Shown here: positions 13,586 through 21,935 of the stretch, one piece after another | Position numbering within the stretch: the first letter of the stretch is position 1 | Layout of the letters: every line of letters begins with the position of its first letter | Origin: Clostridiaceae bacterium | GTDB lineage: Bacteria; Bacillota; Clostridia; DSM-8532 | DNA length: 64,000 bases | Assembly: GCA_012521615.1 (NCBI GenBank) | Contig: JAAYMA010000058.1 | Span: 7,809 to 71,808 of the forward strand | Direction of reading: 5' to 3' | Made by a program: the position numbers and the translations under genes | Notes under the pieces: generated by a model | What the model was told of the DNA's origin: nothing | Seen by the model: the letters and a program-made list of their open reading frames with translations, nothing else | Databases searched by the model: none

Positions 13586-14587
13586 TCAATGCAGGAACCT
13601 GTCCACATCTTTTGGTCCGATATTCTCATGCAGTGCCATATTTATCCCATTTGCCACAAGTCTGGAAAGGTAATCCACAATTTCATCGGTGTCTTTGGGC
13701 GTAACTACAAGATTTCCCGAATAAGGCTCCAGCAGTTCTATAATCATCTGATATTTTTCATCCCTGTTTATTCTGGACAGCATCCTGTAGAAATCGCTTC
13801 CGTGTCCTGCCTGCTGCATCATACTGTCCATTATAAGATCCAGAGTGTCACTTACCATGGTAGCGGCATCCACCACTGTCGGTATACCTATAGCTATAAC
13901 AGGAACGCCCAGAGATTCACGTGTAAGCGCCAGACGCTTGTTACCGACTCCTGAGCCGGGGGCTATACCAGTGTTGGCAAGTTGTATTGAAGAATTGACT
14001 CTTCTGACATCTCTCGAGGCAAGGGCATCGACAGCTATAACCAGGGCAGGTTTGACATTATCCACAATACCTTTGATAATATGACCTGTCTCTATTCCCG
14101 TTATTCCCAGAACACCCGGTGAAATGGCGCAGACCGGCCTTGTGGTATTGTCAACTTCTTTGGGAAGATATTCGTATATGTGCCTGGTGACAAGCACCGA
14201 CTGAGCTACTTTGGGACCCAGCGCATCTGCGGTCACATTCCAGTTTCCCAATCCTACTACCAGAACAGTATCCTTTTTATCGATATGAATAAGTCTCTCA
14301 AGTTCCCTTGCCAGCATTCTGCATGATTTTTCATACAGATCCCTGCTCCGGCCATGTATTCCCGGTATATCAATGGTTATATAGCTGCCAATAGGTTTAC
14401 CTACCCTTCTCTCTCCTTCAGGGTTGTTGACATGAACCCTTGTGATTAATACCTCGTTATCCCCGTCTTTTTCTACACCAATTCCTTCGCCAAATCCGCC
14501 ATAATTTTCACGTGTACGGGCACCCGCACCCACCACCCGCGATTCGTCCGCCATGTCTGTACGAATAGTGCGTCTGATTTTTTCCAT
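13586..14587 (-). CDS. gpr: Germination protease (GPR endopeptidase)
   Basis: 333 aa. The N-terminal IRTDMADE and the overall sequence resemble spore protease GPR. Divergent from rpsT, as in Bacillus. Confidence 0.85.
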   Translation of the reverse strand: MEKIRRTIRTDMADESRVVGAGARTRENYGGFGEGIGVEKDGDNEVLITRVHVNNPEGERRVGKPIGSYITIDIPGIHGRSRDLYEKSCRMLARELERLIHIDKKDTVLVVGLGNWNVTADALGPKVAQSVLVTRHIYEYLPKEVDNTTRPVCAISPGVLGITGIETGHIIKGIVDNVKPALVIAVDALASRDVRRVNSSIQLANTGIAPGSGVGNKRLALTRESLGVPVIAIGIPTVVDAATMVSDTLDLIMDSMMQQAGHGSDFYRMLSRINRDEKYQMIIELLEPYSGNLVVTPKDTDEIVDYLSRLVANGINMALHENIGPKDVDRFLH

Positions 14588-14747
14588 TTTTCACCCTCCA
14601 TATCCATAGAATATGGTTCTATTATCTACATTTCTGCCGGTTTAATACTAAATCTATTATTTCAATCTCAAGGAACTTTTAATATAACCTCCATATGCAA
14701 AAAACCATAGACTGTGGGCAGGATCAGTATTTCTTGAAGAAAAATCC

Positions 14748-14776
14748 TTGCATTCAAAAAAACTTCGTGATAATAT
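14748..14776 (+). promoter_or_regulatory. Sigma-A type promoter of rpsT
   Basis: TTGCAT (14748-14753), a 17-nt spacer, then TAATAT (14771-14776), about 40 nt upstream of the rpsT ATG. Confidence 0.7.
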
Positions 14777-14813
14777 ATTTGTTGTTGTACAAAGACATAG
14801 GAGGTGAGTTTGA

Positions 14814-15083
14814 ATGGCGAATACCAAGTCTGCAGTCAAAAGAGTTAAATCTTCTACTGCCAAAAGAATGCAGAGACGTATGAAAAAATCTGAACTGAGA
14901 ACAATACTTCGTAAGTTTAAAGAAGCTGTCGAAACAAATTCTCCAGAATTACCAGAGCTTCTTAAATACGCTGTTAAAAAAATAGATCAGGCTGCTGCAA
15001 AAAACATTATTCACAAAAATGCCGCCTCCAGAAAAAAATCACAGCTTCATAAAACTTATAATTCTGTTTTGGTAAAAGAATAA
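14814..15083 (+). CDS. rpsT: 30S ribosomal protein S20
   Basis: MANTKSAVKRVK... 89 aa, basic, typical S20 N-terminus. AGGAGG SD upstream. Confidence 0.95.
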   Translation: MANTKSAVKRVKSSTAKRMQRRMKKSELRTILRKFKEAVETNSPELPELLKYAVKKIDQAAAKNIIHKNAASRKKSQLHKTYNSVLVKE

Positions 15084-15102
15084 TATAGTTTATGACAAAT
15101 AT

Positions 15103-15130
15103 AAAACGTACCTCGGTACGTTTTTTATTA
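15103..15130 (+). terminator. Intrinsic terminator after rpsT (A-run on the other side, so possibly bidirectional for spoIIIAH)
   Basis: ACGTAC-CTCG-GTACGT followed by TTTTTATTATTTT, and preceded by AAAA. Confidence 0.75.
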
Positions 15131-15179
15131 TTTTGGGATATTTAAATTTTATATTTATTTTTATTGAAAATTTTAATTT

Positions 15180-15782
15180 CTAATTGACATTTTTCACAGT
15201 TATATTTTCCATTTCAACATTGGCATGGCGCACAACAATATCACTTATATTGGCAACCTCAACAGCCGTAAGACTTTCAGCCTTCACAATAACATCCACA
15301 TTTCCTGTTTCACTCATATAAGTCAGGGCATCCTCAAAACCTCTCTGCTTTATAAGGGTTTCAATGGTATTTTCAATCTCACTTCTTCTTATAATATCTA
15401 TCAGCTGTTGTTGGGCTTCTTCCACAGTCAGACTTGACGTTGGAGTTGCTGCATCATCCACACCGTCAATAATCGCTTTCAGTTCATCCTTTTGTCTGCT
15501 TCTGACCTTATTTCTTTCCATACGGGCTTCAGCAAAATAACCCGTTCCCTGAACCTGTTTTTCGGTTTCATCATCGATATTTGAAGTATCGGCTTCGCCA
15601 TTTACATATACTGCTGCACCGGGAATCTCTTTATCATCACCTTCAAGTGCACTTGTTATGGGAAGATCCCCATATGTATTTTCATTGTATGATTCGCCCG
15701 CATCTCCATAATTGTACTGCAGTATCCCCACAGCAATTATAACAAGAACAAGCCCTAGTACAATTATCTGTTTTCTTTTCAT
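15180..15782 (-). CDS. spoIIIAH: Stage III sporulation protein AH
   Basis: Last gene of an eight-gene spoIIIA-ordered cluster. 200 aa with an N-terminal TM, an acidic linker and a C-terminal YscJ/FliF-like region. Confidence 0.8.
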   Translation of the reverse strand: MKRKQIIVLGLVLVIIAVGILQYNYGDAGESYNENTYGDLPITSALEGDDKEIPGAAVYVNGEADTSNIDDETEKQVQGTGYFAEARMERNKVRSRQKDELKAIIDGVDDAATPTSSLTVEEAQQQLIDIIRRSEIENTIETLIKQRGFEDALTYMSETGNVDVIVKAESLTAVEVANISDIVVRHANVEMENITVKNVN

Positions 15783-15863
15783 AACTTTCCCTCCAGGTCA
15801 TGTCATCAGATTTCGCAAGAAAATCTAAAATTGCTTATATAAAATTATATTTAGTAACCTCTG

Positions 15864-16460
15864 CTATTTATGCTTCATTATCTGAACACGGTGTTCCGGA
15901 ATGCCCAAAAGAGTGCAAACCGCATTATTGAGCTGTTCCCTTATAAGAATGTCATCAGCTCCCTGGGCTACAACTACCACTCCTTTTATTTGAGGAACGT
16001 TCACCTTCAGAATTACAGGGGTATCATCACCCGACAGCGCAAGCTCACGGGTTTCTCTTATCTCGGAGGATTTACCGCTGGCTCCCTCATCGCTTCTTGT
16101 ATTCTGTTCGTTATTGTATGCCGGTACATGTTCGCTGCTTGAATCAGCAAATATCATCACATCTACCTGGCCTGCGCCCTCTACTTTCGAAAGTAATTCA
16201 GACAATCTGTTTTCAAGATCGCTTATAATTTCATGTCCATTCAAGGGCGTATATTTCAGCCCCGATTCTTCAGAGGCTGTTATAGTGCTTATATCATTCA
16301 TGGCATCTTTGGCGTCATCAGATTTGGATAAAAAACTTGCAGCTATGAGAATGATCACGCCCAATATAACAATCACTACCAGATTTTCGAAGTTGGAAGG
16401 TTTCTCCTTGCCGTCTTTATCCTTTTTCTTCACAAAAAAACTTGAGAAATTCCTGAACAT
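15864..16460 (-). CDS. spoIIIAG: Stage III sporulation protein AG
   Basis: 198 aa with a single TM. Position and size fit SpoIIIAG. C-terminal GVVVVAQGADD...V motif. Confidence 0.8.
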   Translation of the reverse strand: MFRNFSSFFVKKKDKDGKEKPSNFENLVVIVILGVIILIAASFLSKSDDAKDAMNDISTITASEESGLKYTPLNGHEIISDLENRLSELLSKVEGAGQVDVMIFADSSSEHVPAYNNEQNTRSDEGASGKSSEIRETRELALSGDDTPVILKVNVPQIKGVVVVAQGADDILIREQLNNAVCTLLGIPEHRVQIMKHK

Positions 16461-16462
16461 GC

Positions 16463-17035
16463 TTACCCTCCTCTGTCAAAAGCGCTTATGTCTATAATGA
16501 TATTTTCCTTTTCCAATGAAAAAACTTCTGATAGTTCATTCCTGATTTTTTGAAGTATCTTATCATCTATTGTTTTGGAATTATTATAAGGGCCCGGTTT
16601 TAAAGTTAAGTACAGTGCTCTTATCATTCCGAATGTTTCTTTACTGGGTTCCTCATAAAGTACTGCATCCACATTGCCAATCATAAATTCGCTCTCTCCC
16701 ATATAACGACTTTTGATATCATTGATTAGTGACTGCCGGTAAACTTCAAGAAGCTGCCTGTTGTTCTCCTGCTGAAGTTTACTTATTCTGTCGTGCATTT
16801 CCCGTTCTGATAATTTTATATAATCATTCCAGGCCAATACTTCCACATCCAGCCCGGAATTGATCAGATTAATAACAGGCATGGAAATTATCAATGTTAC
16901 AGCCAGTCCGCAGGTAAGCTTCACATATTTATTAAGACTGCCCTCAGGTGCAAATTTTTCAATCACTGTACAGAGTATCACTACTGTAACAAGGGTAATA
17001 ATCCATGACCTAAGCCCATCCATATATTTACTCAC
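16463..17035 (-). CDS. spoIIIAF: Stage III sporulation protein AF
   Basis: 190 aa. The two N-terminal TM segments and following sequence resemble SpoIIIAF. Operon position fits. Confidence 0.8.
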   Translation of the reverse strand: MSKYMDGLRSWIITLVTVVILCTVIEKFAPEGSLNKYVKLTCGLAVTLIISMPVINLINSGLDVEVLAWNDYIKLSEREMHDRISKLQQENNRQLLEVYRQSLINDIKSRYMGESEFMIGNVDAVLYEEPSKETFGMIRALYLTLKPGPYNNSKTIDDKILQKIRNELSEVFSLEKENIIIDISAFDRGG

Positions 17036-17066
17036 TCCACGTACAAGCTATTCCACTTATTTGAAT

Positions 17067-18242
17067 TTAATTCAAAAATCCGCCCAGGTTCATAAGAGCT
17101 CCTGTGAGAAGAATAAGCACAAATAAGGACGCTCCCATTATTCCAAGGACAACCGAAAGACATCCGGTTGCTTCTTCCAGTCCATCACATACAGCTTCAT
17201 CGCAAACTGGCGCCCCTATCGCAGCCACCAGTTTAAGGGCAAACATAATAATAAAAACTTTAATAAAGGGGATTAAACATATAATGACCAGTCCGATAAT
17301 TGTCAATAATCCTGCTGCATTCCTGACTGCCATAGCACACTGCATTATGGTATCAGCTGCATCTGCCATGTACTTGCCCGCAACCGGCACAAAAGTCCCG
17401 ATGGCAAATCTGGTTGTTTTTAATGCCACCGCATCAACCGATGAGCTGGCTATTCGCTGTACCGATATAAAAATAGAAAACATCAGGGTCAGCACTCCCG
17501 TGATCCATACGGTACAGCTTTTAAAAAGACTGGCTAAATTCTTCAGTTTAAATCTTTCCGAAATACTGTCAATGAGAAACAACAAACCTGCCATGATGGC
17601 CAAAGGCAAAAGAATATTTTTGAATATCTGACAGGCAATATTGACGCCTACCAGTATCACAGGCTGAATTGCACTGATGGAAACTATCTGACCTGACGTT
17701 GCCATTAGTGCAATCAGAGCGGGCATAGCAACTGATGCAATATTTTGCAGTGACCCGATTGTAGTTTGTGCAATCTCAGCGATGCTGCCAAAACTCACTG
17801 AAACCGAGAGTATGATAATCCCGTTTATGCCCAGTTTTGCAGCTTCATTGGGCATACCTGAACTAAATGGCTGCAAACAGCGTATTACCGCTCCCAGAAG
17901 GATTATTGCATATAATCTCAGTATCAGCGAGAGATTGGCCCGTAATTCCTTGCCAAAAAGTGAAAGAACTAATTTAGGGATACCTTTCAGATTTTCCATG
18001 GGCGACCCTTTAAGAGTACTCTTTAAAATGTCTTCAGCAGTAAAATTATATATATCAGCCTCATCAAGGGCCTCATCCACAATTCTTTCCACTAATCTGA
18101 TCTCGTCGGAATCAAGCTTTTTTTCGATTACATTTTGAGTGTAATCATTGTCAGACTGGGCAAAAGCGGGACAGTTCCCTATAAAAAACATTAAAACTAC
18201 GACCACATACAACTTTGCTACTGATCTTCTTAAAACCCGCAT
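17067..18242 (-). CDS. spoIIIAE: Stage III sporulation protein AE
   Basis: 391 aa with a signal-like N-terminus then a polytopic membrane domain. Operon position fits. Confidence 0.85.
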   Translation of the reverse strand: MRVLRRSVAKLYVVVVLMFFIGNCPAFAQSDNDYTQNVIEKKLDSDEIRLVERIVDEALDEADIYNFTAEDILKSTLKGSPMENLKGIPKLVLSLFGKELRANLSLILRLYAIILLGAVIRCLQPFSSGMPNEAAKLGINGIIILSVSVSFGSIAEIAQTTIGSLQNIASVAMPALIALMATSGQIVSISAIQPVILVGVNIACQIFKNILLPLAIMAGLLFLIDSISERFKLKNLASLFKSCTVWITGVLTLMFSIFISVQRIASSSVDAVALKTTRFAIGTFVPVAGKYMADAADTIMQCAMAVRNAAGLLTIIGLVIICLIPFIKVFIIMFALKLVAAIGAPVCDEAVCDGLEEATGCLSVVLGIMGASLFVLILLTGALMNLGGFLN

Positions 18243-18283
18243 TTTTCCACGCCTCTCTTATGTACTTAAAAAGACCGGAGCCA

Positions 18284-18673
18284 CTACAGTATGCTTGCAA
18301 TCATTCTTATTATCGAGGTAGCTATAGGCACCGACACTGCAAGCATCATAATTTTCCCTACAATTGCTATTTTTGAAGCAATGGCTTTTTGACCTGCATC
18401 ATTGCATATATCAACAGCAAACTGTGTGATATACGCCATTCCCGTAACTTTGAGCACTGGCACCAAAAGCTTGGAATCAATTCCTGATGCGTCAATATTT
18501 TCTTTGATTACCCTGACAATGGCTCCTGCTTTACTGAATGCCACTGTCATAATTAAAATACCGAAAACCAGACCTAAGAGTACAGACATCTCAGGCCTTT
18601 CAACTGAGATTATTAAAGCTATAACTGCAGTTATTATTCCGACAGCTGCAATCCTGATTAATTCAGTCTCCAT
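18284..18673 (-). CDS. spoIIIAD: Stage III sporulation protein AD
   Basis: 129 aa, 4 TM. Operon position fits. Confidence 0.85.
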   Translation of the reverse strand: METELIRIAAVGIITAVIALIISVERPEMSVLLGLVFGILIMTVAFSKAGAIVRVIKENIDASGIDSKLLVPVLKVTGMAYITQFAVDICNDAGQKAIASKIAIVGKIMMLAVSVPIATSIIRMIASIL

Positions 18674-18724
18674 AATTTCATCGGTACTCCATTTTTTAAT
18701 CTGTTTGCAAGGCGATTTACTGCT

Positions 18725-18919
18725 TCAAAAACGGAACAGAGCCTTTACAGTGTCAAATAAATTGACAATTTCTTTTGCAACCATAAGCAGTACCATAACT
18801 ACCCCGGCAATGGTTGTAAGGAGAGCCATTTCATCCCTGCCGGATTGTTTGAGTACCATATTCAAAACCGTTACAAGAATACCAATAGCCGCAATTCTGA
18901 AAATTAAATCCACGTCCAT
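18725..18919 (-). CDS. spoIIIAC: Stage III sporulation protein AC
   Basis: 64 aa, 2 TM. Operon position fits. Confidence 0.85.
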   Translation of the reverse strand: MDVDLIFRIAAIGILVTVLNMVLKQSGRDEMALLTTIAGVVMVLLMVAKEIVNLFDTVKALFRF

Positions 18920-18976
18920 ATCTCTTCCCCTTTACAGGGCTTTGCCCGTCATTTAAAGCTTTTTATATCTGAAATG

Positions 18977-19513
18977 TCATATTAAAAGTATTACTACCGC
19001 CGCACCAGTAAGGGCGCCTAAACTCCTGTAGAGTTTTCCCCTGGTTTCTGCAACTTCCCTTGCTTTCTTTTCCATAATGGTGAGCTTTTCTTTCTCAAGT
19101 TCCAGGACTTTCTCCTGATTTAAACGGTCCGACTTTCCAAGCCTTTCACCGAAATCCCAAAGCTGCTCATAATCACACTCATCAAGATAAATATTTTTAT
19201 TATTCTCCAAAGCCTTTTTCCAGGCTTCACCTGCATTTATATTCCTCTCTTTCATGATGCTGCTGCATTGCATAAATATGTCAGACCAGACACCACCTGT
19301 GTTCTCTTTTCCAATGTTTTCAAAAGCAGCAACAAGCGGAATCCCTAACCCGCACATTTGTCCTTTCAAATTAACAAGTATCTCGATAAATTTTTGAAGT
19401 GCACGCTGCCTCTGTGTCAGCCTGGCTGACAACCTCAGTCCTATTAGAGTGCAACCTGTAAAAATCATGAGACAGCCAATCATTTTGATTAAGAAAATCG
19501 AGTTCGTTGCCAT
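18977..19513 (-). CDS. spoIIIAB: Stage III sporulation protein AB
   Basis: The N-terminal TM (MIGCLMIFTGCTLIGL) followed by RQRALQKF resembles SpoIIIAB. The ATG at 19513 has GGTGA 9 nt upstream; other candidate starts are 19519 and 19483. Confidence 0.8.
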   Translation of the reverse strand: MATNSIFLIKMIGCLMIFTGCTLIGLRLSARLTQRQRALQKFIEILVNLKGQMCGLGIPLVAAFENIGKENTGGVWSDIFMQCSSIMKERNINAGEAWKKALENNKNIYLDECDYEQLWDFGERLGKSDRLNQEKVLELEKEKLTIMEKKAREVAETRGKLYRSLGALTGAAVVILLI

Positions 19514-20462
19514 TGGCATCCATCACCCTTACCCATCTTTCTCCATCATTCATGCCCAGCAGAATAATTCTTTCAAAGCCATTTTGAGATGCCAGTTGAC
19601 CTACACCAAACCTTCCCTTGAAATCTTCCAGACTAAAGGCATGGGCTGTGGCTATGATTCTTACTCCTGCATTCCAGGCCATTTTAATTGCTTCAGCATC
19701 CTTCTGATCTCCTAATTCGTCCACTATAATAACGTGGGGCGACATACCCCTGAGGGCAATTTCTATGCCGTCCTTTTTCCTGCAGCCATTCAGGATATCA
19801 GTTCTGGGTCCCAGATCGTTTTGAGGAATTCCTTTATAATTGGCCGCTATTTCTGAACGCTCGTCAATTACCGCTGTGCGCAGCCCCCTGAAATTGCTGC
19901 TGCCCTGACTGATATGTCTTGCTATATCTCTGAGAAGAGTGGTTTTACCGCAGCGGGGTGGGGATAGAATGAGTGTATTGTATATGTCGCACTTATTTCG
20001 GATAATGCTGTCAATCAGGCCGTCGGCACAACCTTTAAGCTGTCTGGAAAGTCTTATGTTCACCGATGAAATATCCCGAATTCCTGTTATCTCTTCGCCC
20101 TGATAAACAACAGTTCCGCAGATTCCTGCGCGATGTCCTCCCCTGAGGGTAATAAATCCGCGTTTAATGTCTTCCTGATAAGCATATACTGAATGCTCAC
20201 ACAATGAATAAAACAGATTATTTAATTCATCCAATGTCACTGTCAGGGCATGGCTGGAATCCCCGGTAAGTCTGCCGTCCGGTGTAATGAAACAGTCATA
20301 TCCTGAAAAAACCCCCATCAATGGAAAGCCCGCTCTTATTCTTAATTCTTCCAGATCGCTGATATAGCTCTCCTGAATATTGGCAACCGCGCACCTTATC
20401 CTCTCTGGAAGATATAGCTGAAACAGTTCCTCAAAGCAGCGGTTGTTTTTTGTCCTTTCCAA
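19371..20462 (-). CDS. spoIIIAA: Stage III sporulation protein AA (AAA+ ATPase)
   Basis: Walker A SPPRCGKTT and Walker B IIVDELG. TTG start at 20462 with GGGAGG 8 nt upstream. The 3' end overlaps spoIIIAB (see findings). Confidence 0.85.
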   Translation of the reverse strand: MERTKNNRCFEELFQLYLPERIRCAVANIQESYISDLEELRIRAGFPLMGVFSGYDCFITPDGRLTGDSSHALTVTLDELNNLFYSLCEHSVYAYQEDIKRGFITLRGGHRAGICGTVVYQGEEITGIRDISSVNIRLSRQLKGCADGLIDSIIRNKCDIYNTLILSPPRCGKTTLLRDIARHISQGSSNFRGLRTAVIDERSEIAANYKGIPQNDLGPRTDILNGCRKKDGIEIALRGMSPHVIIVDELGDQKDAEAIKMAWNAGVRIIATAHAFSLEDFKGRFGVGQLASQNGFERIILLGMNDGERWVRVMDANGNELDFLNQNDWLSHDFYRLHSNRTEVVSQADTEAACTSKIYRDTC

Positions 20463-20529
20463 AGCAGCATCCTCCCTGGAAATTATGGCTTTGCTAAACA
20501 GTATTTTTACAAATTAGTGGACATGCTTA

Positions 20530-20558
20530 TATTTATGCCTTTTCCTGAATCTATATGA
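20530..20558 (-). promoter_or_regulatory. Candidate sigma-E type promoter of the spoIIIA operon
   Basis: Minus sense: TCATATA, 14 nt, CATAAATA. This resembles the mother-cell sigma-E consensus (kmATATT, 14 nt, CATACAmT). It lies about 68 nt upstream of the TTG start. Confidence 0.35.
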
Positions 20559-20560
20559 AT

Positions 20561-20600
20561 AAAAAAAGACCAAACTTTGATTAAACCTCAAAGTTTGGTC
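20561..20600 (-). terminator. Intrinsic terminator downstream of the PrsA-like gene
   Basis: Perfect 13-bp stem GACCAAACTTTGA/TCAAAGTTTGGTC with a 7-nt loop, followed by TTTTTTT in minus sense. Confidence 0.85.
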
Positions 20601-20729
20601 CTGATACAGCTTTGCCATGCTGCCACTTTTCATCCAATGCCAGCATAGAATTTGAGCTGCTCCTGCGAAAGCTCAAAATCCGAACATCATGGCTTACACA
20701 AGGCTACTCCTTTAAAACAGCCGGGGGAT

Positions 20730-21863
20730 TTATTTTTTGTAGGAAATAGCTTCATAAACAGTATCATTCTTGATAATATTGTATTTCGGCTCTAAACTCC
20801 ATTCATCCAGAACATCATCATAGAATTCTTCTTTCGCTTCTTCTTCCATGCTGTTTTTGACATCTTCACTTACATCATCAAAATCAGTACGGTTTTCAAT
20901 TCTTGCCACATAGATGACGTAGTCTGTTTCAATTATGTCAACATCCCCGACTTTATTTTCAAAAGCCCATTCTACCAGACTATTTCCTTCAAAGTATTGA
21001 AGAGTAAGTTTTCCTATGGGATCCGGCTCTTCTGAATCCTCAGATGAAACAGTCTCCTCAGTATAATCTTCGATTACACTGTCCATATTCTCCCCGTTTT
21101 TGATTTTTTCCAAAGCCTCATTTGCCAGTTGACGCTTTTGTTCAATTTCCTCTTCCGACAGGTCTTCGTAATTTTCCCTATCATATTTATAAAAAATTAC
21201 ATAACTCAAATCTACTTCATCAAAGGAATTTTTGTTCTCAGTGTAATAATTTTTTATTTCTTCCTGACCGGGAGGATCTGCTTCGTAATTTTCTTCAATA
21301 TATCCTTCTTTAAATCTGTCTATAAGTCTGTAATTTTCCCAGATGCGCTGCAATTGTCTGGGAGTTACGCCATATAAGCCTTTTATATAATCTGTAAACT
21401 GCTTATCAGTCATTTGACCCTGCATGGATGCCAGCAAATATAGAACTTCAGTTTTAATTTCAGTATCTACTTTCATCCCGGACTCTTTTGCTTTGATTAA
21501 TTGAACAGCATATTCTTTTGCCAGATCAAGAGCCTTTATTTTAGCCTCTTCCCAGGGATCCTGTCCATCTGCAGGGGTTGTCCAGAATTTTTCCCTTTCT
21601 TCATCGGTAGTCAGGTTTTCCTCCTGTTCGGTATAAGCTACCTGCTGATTTAAGAAAAACTCAAATTCAGCTTTTGATATTCTCTTTCCTGCCACACTCG
21701 CCACATAACTCCTTGTATCTATAAAATAAAGTGTTATTGCAGCGACAACAAGGATAGTTATTGCGGTAATCCATTTAATTCTCTTTATTTCCCGGTTTGT
21801 TCTCACTAATTTTTTTTTGGGCCTGGACTGGCTTTTCTTTGCTTTTAGTTCTTTATTATCCAT
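20730..21863 (-). CDS. Membrane-anchored PrsA/SurA-like chaperone homologue with a degenerate parvulin domain
   Basis: Basic N-terminus plus TM, then a SurA-N-like region (VAGKRISKAEFEFFLNQQ) and a C-terminal parvulin-like block lacking both conserved His. Very acidic overall. Confidence 0.6.
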   Translation of the reverse strand: MDNKELKAKKSQSRPKKKLVRTNREIKRIKWITAITILVVAAITLYFIDTRSYVASVAGKRISKAEFEFFLNQQVAYTEQEENLTTDEEREKFWTTPADGQDPWEEAKIKALDLAKEYAVQLIKAKESGMKVDTEIKTEVLYLLASMQGQMTDKQFTDYIKGLYGVTPRQLQRIWENYRLIDRFKEGYIEENYEADPPGQEEIKNYYTENKNSFDEVDLSYVIFYKYDRENYEDLSEEEIEQKRQLANEALEKIKNGENMDSVIEDYTEETVSSEDSEEPDPIGKLTLQYFEGNSLVEWAFENKVGDVDIIETDYVIYVARIENRTDFDDVSEDVKNSMEEEAKEEFYDDVLDEWSLEPKYNIIKNDTVYEAISYKK

Positions 21864-21935
21864 ATATTTCCACCCTTTTTTGAAACCAAATAAAGAATAC
21901 CCGTATACTTAGGGCTCAAGTAATATTATAATCAA

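Noticed and set aside
14657-14883. Two ORFs (68 aa on minus, 62 aa on plus) spanning the gpr-rpsT divergent promoter region
   Set aside because: They overlap the near-consensus rpsT promoter and the rpsT start in another frame, have no SD, and show no family resemblance.
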